A program made the position numbers and the translations under genes. This document shows positions 38,116 through 48,139 of a stretch of 64,000 bases of DNA, piece by piece (within the stretch, counting starts at the first letter, position 1; every line of letters starts with the position of its first letter). The DNA is from Candidatus Harrisonbacteria bacterium (GTDB lineage: Bacteria; Patescibacteriota; Minisyncoccia; UBA6257; 1-14-0-10-40-38): assembly GCA_023245035.1 (NCBI GenBank), contig JAHFLD010000001.1, forward strand, positions 83,285 through 147,284. Reading direction: 5' to 3'. The notes beneath the pieces are model-generated. The model was not told where the DNA came from. It saw only the letters and a program-made list of their open reading frames with translations, and made no database searches.

Positions 38116-39603
38116 CTAAGTCGGGGCTGTACTACTGCGCAAAATGAAGTCCGGGAGTCCCTGTCCCATGCTGTGTCCAAACTGAAGTTCGGGCACATCG
38201 GTCTGGTAGGGTTGTCCCAGTTTTTCTCGAAGCTCTCTTTCGGTCTCTCGGCACAGACGCGCCAAATCCTCGGCGGAAAGTTCATCGGTAAAGGCGAAGA
38301 AGCTGTCCAGCCCCATTCGCGCCCCGCGATCACCCTTGTAGTAGATGAAGTCCTTAAAGTAATCAACTTGTCTGGAATACAAGTGATCGCCATTTACCGT
38401 GTAAACCCAAACTCCATCCAAATGCGGAACCGCGTGGTCAAAGTAGGGCGTTCCCGGATAGACGGTAATCCGCGTCAGATCAAACGATTCCGGCCTCATC
38501 GCCAAAATCCAATCCTTTGTCTCTAAAATTGTCTCTTCGGTCTCGCCCGGATGCCCAACGGACATCAAGGCCTTAACTCTTAAGCCGTGTCGACGCGCTA
38601 TCTCCACGCACCGCGTATTATCTTCTCGAGTGGCGCCCTTCTTGATGTTGCGCAAGATACGGGGCGATCCCGATTCAAAGCCGGTCAAAATTTCGCGGAA
38701 TCCGGCCTCGTACATCGCCTCCGCCTGTTCGTCGGTAAAAAGTTCGGACTTGATGAACCCGCGCAGAGCCCATTCAATTCCCAACTCCTTGCCGAGTGTG
38801 GCAATGGCCCGCATGAGCGCTACCATTTGCGGATTAACATTTAGCTCATCGTCGTAAAACATTATCCCGCGGTAACCGTAGGTCTGGTAGATGTGGCGCA
38901 TCTCGGCAATCACGCTTTCCGTTGTTCGCACGCGAACCTTGCGCAAAAATGGCGATTCGCGCCCGCCGCAAAAACCGCATTGGAAGGGGCATCCCAACTG
39001 GGCGATCATGCTTGTGGCCGGCGCGCCGTTGATTCGGTAGTGATAGCTTTCCATCGCGACCAGATCACGGGCAGGAAAGGGTAGAGCCGTTAATTCTTCG
39101 GAAGTCAGAAATAACGGGCTGCGCCGATCATCGGCATCAATCAACTGTGGTCCGTTCGGATTAAGCGCCTCAAAGATCGCCTTCTCGCCGTCGCCGGCGA
39201 CCAGACAATCAAACATCTGGGCTAATCTTTGTAAATCATGATCCGCTCGGCCTAAAACGTTGCGTTCAACTTCTTGCCGTCTTGCCGCATTCACGAGTGT
39301 AACGTGTGGGCCGCCCAAGACTAACTTGATGTCCGGATTAAAATTCCGGATTATCTCCGCGATTCGCGCCGTTGCCGGCATCTGCGGGCTGGTCGCTGTA
39401 ATGCCAATGAACCAGGGTTTGTTTTTGCCGGCAATGTAGGCGCAAACCGCCTCGGGGTAGTTGGCCACTCCGGACAAGTCCAAGACATCAACCTCGATTT
39501 TTTTTTCCCGCAACACCGCCGCTACCCGTAAAACTCCGATGTGAGTGAAGAATCTTTCATCGCTCAAAATGAGCGACGGGGGAATGATTAAACCGACAGG
39601 CAT
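38116..39603 (-). CDS. B12-binding radical SAM enzyme (class B radical SAM; cobalamin-binding domain plus radical SAM core)
   Basis: N-terminal B12-binding-like Rossmann segment. CxxxCxxC cluster motif (GCPFQCGFCGG). Start at the internal Met, preceded by AAGGAG 5 nt upstream. The terminator hairpin overlaps its stop (38108-38125). Confidence 0.8.
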   Translation of the reverse strand: MPVGLIIPPSLILSDERFFTHIGVLRVAAVLREKKIEVDVLDLSGVANYPEAVCAYIAGKNKPWFIGITATSPQMPATARIAEIIRNFNPDIKLVLGGPHVTLVNAARRQEVERNVLGRADHDLQRLAQMFDCLVAGDGEKAIFEALNPNGPQLIDADDRRSPLFLTSEELTALPFPARDLVAMESYHYRINGAPATSMIAQLGCPFQCGFCGGRESPFLRKVRVRTTESVIAEMRHIYQTYGYRGIMFYDDELNVNPQMVALMRAIATLGKELGIEWALRGFIKSELFTDEQAEAMYEAGFREILTGFESGSPRILRNIKKGATREDNTRCVEIARRHGLRVKALMSVGHPGETEETILETKDWILAMRPESFDLTRITVYPGTPYFDHAVPHLDGVWVYTVNGDHLYSRQVDYFKDFIYYKGDRGARMGLDSFFAFTDELSAEDLARLCRETERELREKLGQPYQTDVPELQFGHSMGQGLPDFILRSSTAPT

Positions 39604-39720
39604 GAGAACTCCTTGTGTTGTTTCAAAGAACCATTCCAATTAAGCCAAAAAAACCGGTATTTAGCAAGTGTTCGGTAACCGGAATTGAAGCTCGGGCGAT
39701 TCCATGATACGGTGGCCAAA

Positions 39721-41415
39721 ATGCGACTCCTATCGGCAAAAAAGCACGTTATCATCCTAAGCGCTATTTTTTTGCTCGCGCTCGCGGTTCGTTTAGTTGG
39801 GGTTCAATATGGCTTGCCCCAGGAATACGTTGGCGACGAGTATGTTCAAGTTGCCGTCGCGCTCAAAATGCTGGACACGAGGTCGCTCACGCCAAATTTT
39901 CCCACGATTTTTTATCATCAACCGCTTAGCGCCTACATTTCCACCGCGGGTATCGCGACTTATCTTGGCTCGCAAATGCTCACCGGACGGTTTGCGGACC
40001 TTGCCGCCATGCGCGACTACTATGCCGTTCACGCGAGCGATCTTTTAATTGTTATCCGCTCGCTCGCGGCTCTGCTCGGAGCGTTCTCTGTTTTTTTTAT
40101 CTATGCCGCGGGGCGCGACTTATGGAGTAAAAAAGTCGGCTACCTAGCCGCGCTCTTTTTTGCCTTGGAGAGTGTGGCGGTCTACGTCGGGCATAGCGGG
40201 CGGGTCTGGGGCTATATGGTTTTTTTTATCTCACTCTCCCTCTCTGCGTCGGTTAAGCTTTTCCAAAATCCCACGGCGAAAAATTACGCGCGTCTGACTT
40301 GGACGACGATTCTCGCCGCCGCCAACGCCCTGCCCGGGATTTTTACCCTGGCGCCGACCCTCCTCACCCAATCCTGGCGTCATAATAAAAACCTTGGGAA
40401 ATCCCTTCTGATAATTATACTTGGCGTAATTTTGATCGTCCTCATGAGTCCGCGAGGCTTGGGCGCCCTGATTTTTAGATTCCAAAGTTTAAGTGGCGGC
40501 AATCTGACGCAACTCGTCTCCGGCAATCCGATTACTTATGAAGTCGCGCCGGTTCCACTAGTTAAGCGCTTTAGCGATCCCTTAAAAACACTTCTAACCT
40601 ATTCGCCGGGAATAACGCTCCTCGCGTTTTTGGGGATTATCATACTCTGGCGAAAAGAACGGAAAACCGCCTTGATGCTCCTAACCTTTCCGGTTGCTTA
40701 TTATCTCTTCATCGGTCCGTTTTTTACCTTCGGCTGGGTAGTGAGAACTCTTATTGTTTTTTCTCCTTACTTAAGCCTCTTCGCGGCTTATGCCATATTT
40801 CGTCTCGCTAAATCTACTTCGCGATATGGCAAGCTCTTCGCTGGCTCGCTTGCGGTGCTCGGCCTTCTTCCCGGAATTGTCTTTGCCTACTTGATCGATG
40901 TCAAACTCTCCCTCGCCGACACGCGCACGGAGGCCATCGAATGGGTCTACCAAAACCTTCCCGAACACTCCAAGATTATCGCCTTTTCACTCACTAACGA
41001 CGTCATCAACCAGGATCGCGACGTTTTGAAAGTCATGCAAAACTTCGTGCCGCAGAAGTTGAATAGCCGGCAAAGAACCTTGCTTTCCGCTCAGGATGGC
41101 AAGTTTCCGCGTCCTTATTATTTTGCCTGGGACGCGCGGGACAGCGGCGTGGACGCTCTGCCGAAAAATTTTTTCAAAGATCAAGGTTTTACCTATTATT
41201 TGCGGACCGATTGGGGCGGTCGTCCGCAGTCATTTTATGACGAAGCCGTGGAAAGAGTTTTTAAAACCAAAGAACTGATTGTCACCTTTGATCCATATTC
41301 CAAGCTGCCGACTGGCGAGTTCGGCAGTCTGCACAACATGATAAATCCGTGGGACGCGCTCTTTAAAGCAACGCGCTTCGGCCCTCGGGTAGAAATTTAT
41401 CGGGTTGAGTATTAA
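39721..41415 (+). CDS. GT-C family polyprenyl-phosphate-sugar-dependent glycosyltransferase (ArnT/PMT-like)
   Basis: About 12 TM helices. A DE-containing first extracytoplasmic loop (EYVGDEYVQVAVALKM). A large C-terminal soluble domain. 564 aa from the first ATG. Confidence 0.6.
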   Translation: MRLLSAKKHVIILSAIFLLALAVRLVGVQYGLPQEYVGDEYVQVAVALKMLDTRSLTPNFPTIFYHQPLSAYISTAGIATYLGSQMLTGRFADLAAMRDYYAVHASDLLIVIRSLAALLGAFSVFFIYAAGRDLWSKKVGYLAALFFALESVAVYVGHSGRVWGYMVFFISLSLSASVKLFQNPTAKNYARLTWTTILAAANALPGIFTLAPTLLTQSWRHNKNLGKSLLIIILGVILIVLMSPRGLGALIFRFQSLSGGNLTQLVSGNPITYEVAPVPLVKRFSDPLKTLLTYSPGITLLAFLGIIILWRKERKTALMLLTFPVAYYLFIGPFFTFGWVVRTLIVFSPYLSLFAAYAIFRLAKSTSRYGKLFAGSLAVLGLLPGIVFAYLIDVKLSLADTRTEAIEWVYQNLPEHSKIIAFSLTNDVINQDRDVLKVMQNFVPQKLNSRQRTLLSAQDGKFPRPYYFAWDARDSGVDALPKNFFKDQGFTYYLRTDWGGRPQSFYDEAVERVFKTKELIVTFDPYSKLPTGEFGSLHNMINPWDALFKATRFGPRVEIYRVEY

Positions 41416-41421
41416 CCAGGC

Positions 41422-42522
41422 ATGACCCAAAAAATTAAAGTAGTTGTAATTGTGGGCGCCCGTCCCAACTTCATGAAGGCGGCGCCACTCTTGCGCGCTA
41501 TGCGCGCCGGTAAAAAAATTGAACCGGTATTGATTCATACCGGCCAGCATTACGATCAAACCATGTCGGGATCTTTTTTTGAAGATCTCAAGCTTCCAAA
41601 GCCGGACTTGTTTTTGAACGTCGGCTCGGGAACTCACGCCGCGCAAACCGCTAAAATAATGCTGGCCTTGGAATCCGAGTTAATTCGCCTTAACCCCCGT
41701 CTGGTAATTGTAGTCGGCGACGTCAATTCAACCATTGCCGCGGCCTTGACCGCCAAAAAACTTGGCATCCAGGTCGCTCACGTTGAGTCCGGTCTCCGTA
41801 GTTTCGACGAAACCATGCCCGAAGAAATAAATCGAATACTCACCGATCACATCTCCGACTATCTTTTTGTAACCGAATCTAGCGGCATAAAAAATCTGCG
41901 CCGCGAAGGAATTGATTCTGGCAAAATATTTTTCGTGGGCAACGTCATGATTGATTCGCTGTATCAGAACCTGCCCCAAATCAACCGTTCAGAAATTATA
42001 GGAAAAATCGGAGTTACCAAAAAAAATTATGCTGTCCTTACCCTGCATCGGCCGGTGAATGTCGATGCCAAAGAATCGCTGGCGAAGATCCTTAAAATAA
42101 TTACCGAGGCAGTCGTCGACACCGAAGTTGTCTTTCCGGTGCATCCTCGCACTCGGAAGAATTTTGAAGCCATCTTGGCCGATGAAAGCATTGACCCGCG
42201 TCGCATCAAGGTTGTGGAACCATTGGGATATCTGGATTTTAATGCCCTCGTCAAAGACTCGCTTTTTGTCTTGACTGATTCCGGCGGCATCCAGGAGGAG
42301 ACCACCGCCTTGGGAATTCCCTGTATAACCCTGCGAGAAACCACGGAGCGCCCGATAACGGTTATACTGGGTACTAATCACATTGCCGGAACCGATCCGA
42401 AAAAAATCACGGCGATTATAAAAAAAATTAAACAGGGGAAGAATAAGAAAAATCACCAGGTTCCCAAATGGGATGGCCGCGCGGCCGAACGCGTTGTCAA
42501 AATTCTCCAAAAAAAATTATGA
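41422..42522 (+). CDS. wecB: UDP-N-acetylglucosamine 2-epimerase (non-hydrolysing)
   Basis: VVIVGARPNFMKAAPL, HTGQHYD and DSGGIQEETTALGIPCITLRETTERP. Confidence 0.9.
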   Translation: MTQKIKVVVIVGARPNFMKAAPLLRAMRAGKKIEPVLIHTGQHYDQTMSGSFFEDLKLPKPDLFLNVGSGTHAAQTAKIMLALESELIRLNPRLVIVVGDVNSTIAAALTAKKLGIQVAHVESGLRSFDETMPEEINRILTDHISDYLFVTESSGIKNLRREGIDSGKIFFVGNVMIDSLYQNLPQINRSEIIGKIGVTKKNYAVLTLHRPVNVDAKESLAKILKIITEAVVDTEVVFPVHPRTRKNFEAILADESIDPRRIKVVEPLGYLDFNALVKDSLFVLTDSGGIQEETTALGIPCITLRETTERPITVILGTNHIAGTDPKKITAIIKKIKQGKNKKNHQVPKWDGRAAERVVKILQKKL

Positions 42523-43475
42523 ATGTCTCGGTAGTCATTCCAACCTACAACGAAGAGTTGGCCATCGCGGAAAACGTCAAAAAAGTCATAGCGGCTCTTG
42601 AATCGAGCGGCAAGACCTGGGAATTAATTCTGGTCAACGATGGCAGCAAAGATCAGACGCTTTCCATTATTCAAGCCCTGGCCGCTAAAGAAAGGCGTCT
42701 CTGCGTTGTTTCTTATCCAGTCAATCGGGGGCGGGGCTACGCCTTGCGGCGTGGTTTTGCAGCCGCTCAAGGAGACTACATCATCGCCACCGAATCGGAC
42801 TTAAACTGGGGCAGTGAAATCATCGGCGCCTTTATTAGGAAATTGGATGAAGGCGATGCCGATCTGGTTATCGCCTCCCCGCACATGCCGGGCGGCCGCA
42901 TGGAAAACGTTCCCTTTCTTCGCTGGCTCTTGAGTTATCTGGGCAACAAGGTTTTTGCTCTCGCCTTTCCGGGGCGCATGACCATGTCGACCGGCATGAC
43001 GCGGGCCTATCGGCGCGAAGTGCTTGAATCTATGGATTTGGAAGCCGACGACAAAGAACTCCACATTGAAATTTTGTCTAAGGCTTTTGATTTGGGTTAT
43101 CGGATCGTGGAAATACCGGCCACTCTTCGCTGGAAGCTCGCCAAGCCCGGAGCGCCGGTGCGAAAATCAAGCTTCAAAATGGGCTCCATTATCAAGCATC
43201 TCGTGGTTAGTGTTGATGTCCAGCCCTATCTTTTTTTTGGCGGCCTCGGCTTTTTATTTATCCTCGTCGGCGCCTTGTTGGGGCTCTATCTCTTATGGCT
43301 TTCACTTTCGGGAGTCGGCGTCGCCGGCCGTCCGGCTCTTTTCGCCTCGGTGCTTTTTATCGTGGTTGGAATTCAAATTTTAATCTTTGGCTTTTTGGCA
43401 AGCCAAAATCGCGAACTCAAGCGCCAATTTATTCGGACTCAAAAGCTCATCAAGGAAACAACTAAACAAAAATAA
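42519..43475 (+). CDS. GT2 polyprenyl-phosphate glycosyltransferase (ArnC/GtrB/DPM1-like, with a C-terminal membrane anchor)
   Basis: VSVVIPTYNEE, LVNDGSKDQT and TESDLNW, plus two C-terminal TM helices. ATG overlaps the wecB stop (ATGA). Confidence 0.8.
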   Translation: MNVSVVIPTYNEELAIAENVKKVIAALESSGKTWELILVNDGSKDQTLSIIQALAAKERRLCVVSYPVNRGRGYALRRGFAAAQGDYIIATESDLNWGSEIIGAFIRKLDEGDADLVIASPHMPGGRMENVPFLRWLLSYLGNKVFALAFPGRMTMSTGMTRAYRREVLESMDLEADDKELHIEILSKAFDLGYRIVEIPATLRWKLAKPGAPVRKSSFKMGSIIKHLVVSVDVQPYLFFGGLGFLFILVGALLGLYLLWLSLSGVGVAGRPALFASVLFIVVGIQILIFGFLASQNRELKRQFIRTQKLIKETTKQK

Positions 43476-43478
43476 TCC

Positions 43479-44474
43479 GTGAAAGCCAAACTAATCTATT
43501 TTTCAAAAATTGGGGTTACGCTTGGGCTACTCGCTTATTTTTTGACCAAGGTTAACCTCCGTGATTCCTATGTGGCCATTAAAGCTGCCGACCCCAAGCT
43601 TTTTTTATTCGCCATAGTTATCACTGTTATCTCTTGGTACCTCGCCGCAATTCGTTGGAGCGCCGTTCTAGGCTTGATGCAGACTCAAGCTTCCGCTAGT
43701 CAGCTCTTTCGGATCAACCTCATCGGCACCTTTTATTCCATGGTCTTGCCAGGTGGCAAGTTGGCTGGTGATGCCATGTCAGCCCATCGTTTCACTAAAT
43801 ATCAAAGTCAAGGAGGCTACAGCAAGAAATATTTTTTGTCAGTCGTTATGGATCGTTTTTTTGGAATGCTCGGCATTTTTATTTTTCTCGGCTTTTATCT
43901 TCTTGCGCGCCGATCTGGCGTCTCGGCGCTTGGCAGACAAGAGTGGCTAGTAGGTCTTATCACTGTCACACTTGCCGGTCTGGGCTTGTTGGCCATTTTT
44001 TCAAACACATTGGATTTATTGATGCTTTGGGTGACCAAATTGCCGATTCGGGCACTCCAAAAATTGCGGGAACCGATTCGTGATGGTTTGCAAAAAATTC
44101 GACAAAAAAAATCCAAACTTTGGGGATTGTTGGGTATTACTGGAGTTTCTATGTTTTTTTCTATTCTTTCGGTCTATATCGTAAACCTTGCCGTTGGACT
44201 CAACGCCTCTTTCGAAATCATCGCCTTTGCTTATTCACTCTCCACTATCTTTATCGTCATTCCCATCACGCTCGCCGGCATTGGATTACGCGAGGGGACT
44301 ATCGTTTATATTTTGACTAAGGTCGGATTTGAAACGCCAAAATCAGTGGCCCTTGCTTTTTTGGGCATCGGCTTACTTTTTATTTTCGCCGCCACCGGCG
44401 GGCTTTTGGAATTAATGGGAATTATTCGCTTGGGTGGAAAAAATCATGACTCTCATAACCAGATTCAAGCATAG
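43479..44474 (+). CDS. flippase-like membrane protein (lysylphosphatidylglycerol-synthase TM-region / TIGR00374-like)
   Basis: 8 predicted TM helices. Family motif (RINLIGTFYSMVLPGGKLAGDAMSAHRF). The usual genomic partner of GtrB/ArnC-like GT2 enzymes. Confidence 0.6.
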   Translation: MKAKLIYFSKIGVTLGLLAYFLTKVNLRDSYVAIKAADPKLFLFAIVITVISWYLAAIRWSAVLGLMQTQASASQLFRINLIGTFYSMVLPGGKLAGDAMSAHRFTKYQSQGGYSKKYFLSVVMDRFFGMLGIFIFLGFYLLARRSGVSALGRQEWLVGLITVTLAGLGLLAIFSNTLDLLMLWVTKLPIRALQKLREPIRDGLQKIRQKKSKLWGLLGITGVSMFFSILSVYIVNLAVGLNASFEIIAFAYSLSTIFIVIPITLAGIGLREGTIVYILTKVGFETPKSVALAFLGIGLLFIFAATGGLLELMGIIRLGGKNHDSHNQIQA

Positions 44475-45795
44475 TCTCGAAAATAAAACCGGTGAGTGGC
44501 TGGGAATTATTCTTCTCATTGGCTTAGCCAGCGCATTGTTCTATGCGTTTTATTTTAAAATTCAGCCTAGCGTTGATGCTCGGGCCTATGATTCTATTGC
44601 CTGGGATATCGCCCAAGGCAAGGGCTACGATACCGATAGCGCTATTGGCCGCCCCGGTCCGGGATATGAATATTTTTTGGCTGGTATTTTTTCTATCTTT
44701 GGACATCGGTATCCAGCAATTTGGATTTTTCAAGCCATCTTAATTGCCGGATCAGCCTATCTGACCTTCCAGACGACGCGCCGTGTTTTCGGCCAAGTCT
44801 GGCATCCAATAATTGGACTTGCGGCTGCCGCGCTTGTATCTTGGTCGCCGGATTTGATTACCTCGGCAAGCATGTTGATGACCGAGGTGCTCACGGTCTT
44901 TCTGACCACTGCCACAATCTGGGGTTTCTTAAAATATCTTTCAACGGAACGCCGGCAAGGCATTGTGCTTACCGCGGTCGTCCTGGGATTGGCAGTTCTG
45001 ACTCGATCCAATACCATCCTTTTAATTCTGCCACTCGGTGGCGCCTTGATCTATCGACGTGAGTGGAAGCGGGGATTACTTTTGGTACTGGTTTTCATGG
45101 CGGTACTTGCCCCATGGGCTCTGCGAAATTATAGGGTCTATGGTGAACCACTGCCCTTCAACGGTGCCGCCGGACTCCTCTATGTGGGCAATCACTCCGG
45201 ATCTTCCGGGGAATTGGATTTGCATTATGACCTGCCGGTTGGCTACGGTGATTTTACTACCATGACTCAATTTGAAAACGACCAAGCGCTTCGTCGGGCA
45301 GGTCTAGATTATATCAAAAGTCATCCGCTGGATTTTATTCGCCTCTCGCTACAAAGGATTTCGGTTTATTTTAGCTTTGCCCGCCCCTTCGCTTTTTGGC
45401 CGCATCTCGTTGGCAATGCTCGCAAGGTTAGCATTGGACTCTCTAGTTTTTACGCGGCGGTTATATTCATAGGTGGTGGTTTGGGGACGCTTCTTGGCCT
45501 TCTCAAAGGAATCTTACCCAATCGCCAGCATATGGCCGTGCTTGGAGCGGCTATTCTTTCGTTGCCGCTTGCGATCGCGCCGCTTATCGTAGAAACACGC
45601 TATCGTTTTCCCAATTATCCCTTATTGGCCATTGGAGCCGGCTTTATGATTCATGCACTTTTCACTCACCGGGATTGGCTCGGAAAATTAGCGAAACAAT
45701 TGTGGATCGGTTTGGTGTTGATAGGAGGAAATACCATCTACGACGTCGCGCGTAACTTTGGTCGTATAGTGATTCGCCTTAAGAATCCGAGCTAA
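44446..45795 (+). CDS. GT-C family glycosyltransferase (PMT_2/ArnT-like)
   Basis: N-terminal loop with an acidic motif (YDSIAWDIAQGKGYDTD), followed by about 11 TM helices. The ORF track opens at a GTG at 44434. The start is placed at the ATG. Confidence 0.65.
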   Translation: MTLITRFKHSLENKTGEWLGIILLIGLASALFYAFYFKIQPSVDARAYDSIAWDIAQGKGYDTDSAIGRPGPGYEYFLAGIFSIFGHRYPAIWIFQAILIAGSAYLTFQTTRRVFGQVWHPIIGLAAAALVSWSPDLITSASMLMTEVLTVFLTTATIWGFLKYLSTERRQGIVLTAVVLGLAVLTRSNTILLILPLGGALIYRREWKRGLLLVLVFMAVLAPWALRNYRVYGEPLPFNGAAGLLYVGNHSGSSGELDLHYDLPVGYGDFTTMTQFENDQALRRAGLDYIKSHPLDFIRLSLQRISVYFSFARPFAFWPHLVGNARKVSIGLSSFYAAVIFIGGGLGTLLGLLKGILPNRQHMAVLGAAILSLPLAIAPLIVETRYRFPNYPLLAIGAGFMIHALFTHRDWLGKLAKQLWIGLVLIGGNTIYDVARNFGRIVIRLKNPS

Positions 45796-45799
45796 ATTT

Positions 45800-46966
45800 A
45801 TGGAATTCAAAAAAGTAGAAAAAAAACTCCGGCTTTCTCTGGTTGGCCCGTTGCATCCTTTCAAGGGAGGGATCGCCCATCACAACACACTCCTGGCAAA
45901 CGAGTTTTTAAAACATTCCGATATTGATCTGCAAGTCATCTCTTTCAAGAGAATTTTTCCAGCGTGGGTCTATTGGCGGACTCAGCGAAAAAATGCCAAA
46001 GATATCGAGAGTAAGAATTTTTTTCAGGGTCAGGCCGAATTCATACTGGACATGCTAAATCCTATAACCTGGTGGCGCACCGTCAAAAAAATTAAAGCCC
46101 ATCATCCGGAAGTTGTTATATTTCACTGGTATACCCCGCTTCTCGCGCCGCCATTTTGGATTCTGACTGCGCTTATTAAGCGCTATACCACAGCGCGGAT
46201 TGTCGCTATGTGTCACAACGTGTTACCGCACGAAAAACTTCCCCTGGATAAATTCTTAACCGGTTTGGTTTTTAAAAACGTTGATGCGTGTATCGTACAA
46301 TCAGAAGCTGATCGAATGGTGCTCCACGCCTGGCTTCCAAATAAAGCCACTATCAACGCCTTTCACCCCTTTTATGATTTTTTTTATCAGCCGATTCCGC
46401 GGGAAACAGCTCAAAAAAAACTCGGGATCAGTGGTCGAGCACTCTTATTTTTCGGTGGCATTCGAAAATATAAAGGATTGCCGTATTTGTTAGAAGCTCT
46501 AGCGATAGTGGTGCGAGAAATGCCGGTTACGCTTGTTATCGCCGGCGAATTTTTCCATGACAAAAAGCCCTACCTTGATCAAATCAAAAATCTGGGCATC
46601 GAAAAATATGTCAAAATCGTGGATCGATATATTTCCAACGAAGAAGTTCCAACTTTTTTTCTTGCTACCGACGCGCTGGTAACGCCCTATATTTACGGGC
46701 CCCAATCCGGCGCCGCCGCCGTGGCCTATTCCTTCGAGAAGCCGGTCATTGGTAGCGAAAACCTTAAAGAAGTCATTCGGGAAGGCCAGACTGGTTTTTT
46801 AGCCCGAGCCAAAGACAGCGCTGATTTGGCAATGGTCATTCTAAAATTTTATCGTGAAAGTGGTCGGATAAATTTTGCGATGAATATTCAAAACATAAAA
46901 CGAGAATTTTCCTGGGAAGCGCTATGTCAACGAATAATCTCCGGCCTTTGGAATTCCAAGGCTTAA
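45800..46966 (+). CDS. glycosyltransferase family 4-like (GT-B)
   Basis: GT-B architecture. C-terminal nucleotide-sugar-binding-like segment (GEFFHDKKPYLDQI ... YSFEKPVIGSENLKEVIREGQTGFL). Confidence 0.7.
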   Translation: MEFKKVEKKLRLSLVGPLHPFKGGIAHHNTLLANEFLKHSDIDLQVISFKRIFPAWVYWRTQRKNAKDIESKNFFQGQAEFILDMLNPITWWRTVKKIKAHHPEVVIFHWYTPLLAPPFWILTALIKRYTTARIVAMCHNVLPHEKLPLDKFLTGLVFKNVDACIVQSEADRMVLHAWLPNKATINAFHPFYDFFYQPIPRETAQKKLGISGRALLFFGGIRKYKGLPYLLEALAIVVREMPVTLVIAGEFFHDKKPYLDQIKNLGIEKYVKIVDRYISNEEVPTFFLATDALVTPYIYGPQSGAAAVAYSFEKPVIGSENLKEVIREGQTGFLARAKDSADLAMVILKFYRESGRINFAMNIQNIKREFSWEALCQRIISGLWNSKA

Positions 46967-46992
46967 ACTTAAAACCGAAATTATGCTACGTG

Positions 46993-48063
46993 ATGCCGGA
47001 ATATCAAGCGAAGAGTCACACGCACTTCGCTTATCTTCGTGACTTTATTCAGGAGCTGGCAAAATCGTACAACATTCAACTTCTGATTGAAAAGGGGGAA
47101 TTGCCAAAAGCAGACTTGGGTGTTTATCGAACCCTGTTAATAAATAAACTAGGCTTAAACCAAATTATAAGTTTGGCCGTTGCTTTAATAAAAATTCGGC
47201 AAGCCGGATGCAAAGTCGTCTATATTCATTACTCTTTTCGCGCGGCGTTTCTCGCGAGCTTTATATTTCGCTTGACCGGCGGTCGGGTATATTACTGGAA
47301 TTGTGGCCTCCCCTGGCAATATAAAAAAAATTTACCTCGGCTAATATTTGAATTTATTACCTATCATCTGATCAATAAACTAATAACGGGCACCGAGGGA
47401 CTCAAGAGGCGATATGCCCATCACTACCGTCTTAATTTGAGTAAAATCGAAGTAATGCCGAATTGGATAAATCTTCAAGACCAGCCAGCCAGCGGACCAT
47501 CCACGATAAAAAAAGATCTTGGCCTAACGTCAAAAACGCGTTTAGTGCTTTTTGTGCATCGGCTTTCCGAAAGAAAAGGTGCCAATTACCTAAGGGCCAT
47601 AGCCCAGGAATTGAAAACCGAAAGCGATGTTGCGCTAGTTGTAATCGGTGACGGCCCAACAATGATTGAACTGAAAAAAGAAATCAAAGATCAAAACCTT
47701 GAAGCTAATATAAAATTACTTGGCTGGCTCCCCCAAGAAATCATCCATCGTTACTATCAAGCCGCCGCCGTCATGATCATTCCCTCGGAAGAAGAAGGAT
47801 TTCCCCATGTGCTTCTAGAATCGTTTTTCGCCGGAGTTCCAGTAGTCGCCTTTGATGTCGGCGGCATTGCCGAGATTATACCGCCTGAGCTCACTCCGTA
47901 CCTGGTCGAACCTGGAAATATTAAAAAGTTTATCCAGGCCATCAAAACATTGCTACATACTTCACCGATTGAAATTAAAAATCTGGAAACCGCCGAAAAG
48001 AAATGGGTTGAACAATTTAGTCTGAAAAAAGTAGTCGCTCGCTTTAAGTCGCTAATACAATGA
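46993..48063 (+). CDS. glycosyltransferase family 4 (GT-B)
   Basis: SEEEGFPHVLLESFFAGVPVVAFDVGGIAEII. Start at the internal ATG after the upstream gene's stop. Confidence 0.8.
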   Translation: MPEYQAKSHTHFAYLRDFIQELAKSYNIQLLIEKGELPKADLGVYRTLLINKLGLNQIISLAVALIKIRQAGCKVVYIHYSFRAAFLASFIFRLTGGRVYYWNCGLPWQYKKNLPRLIFEFITYHLINKLITGTEGLKRRYAHHYRLNLSKIEVMPNWINLQDQPASGPSTIKKDLGLTSKTRLVLFVHRLSERKGANYLRAIAQELKTESDVALVVIGDGPTMIELKKEIKDQNLEANIKLLGWLPQEIIHRYYQAAAVMIIPSEEEGFPHVLLESFFAGVPVVAFDVGGIAEIIPPELTPYLVEPGNIKKFIQAIKTLLHTSPIEIKNLETAEKKWVEQFSLKKVVARFKSLIQ

Positions 48064-48139
48064 AATTACTGAATTGGAAAGATTGTAAAATATTAGGCAC
48101 GCGTTAATATGGTTACTATTGCAACAAAATTAATCTAAC

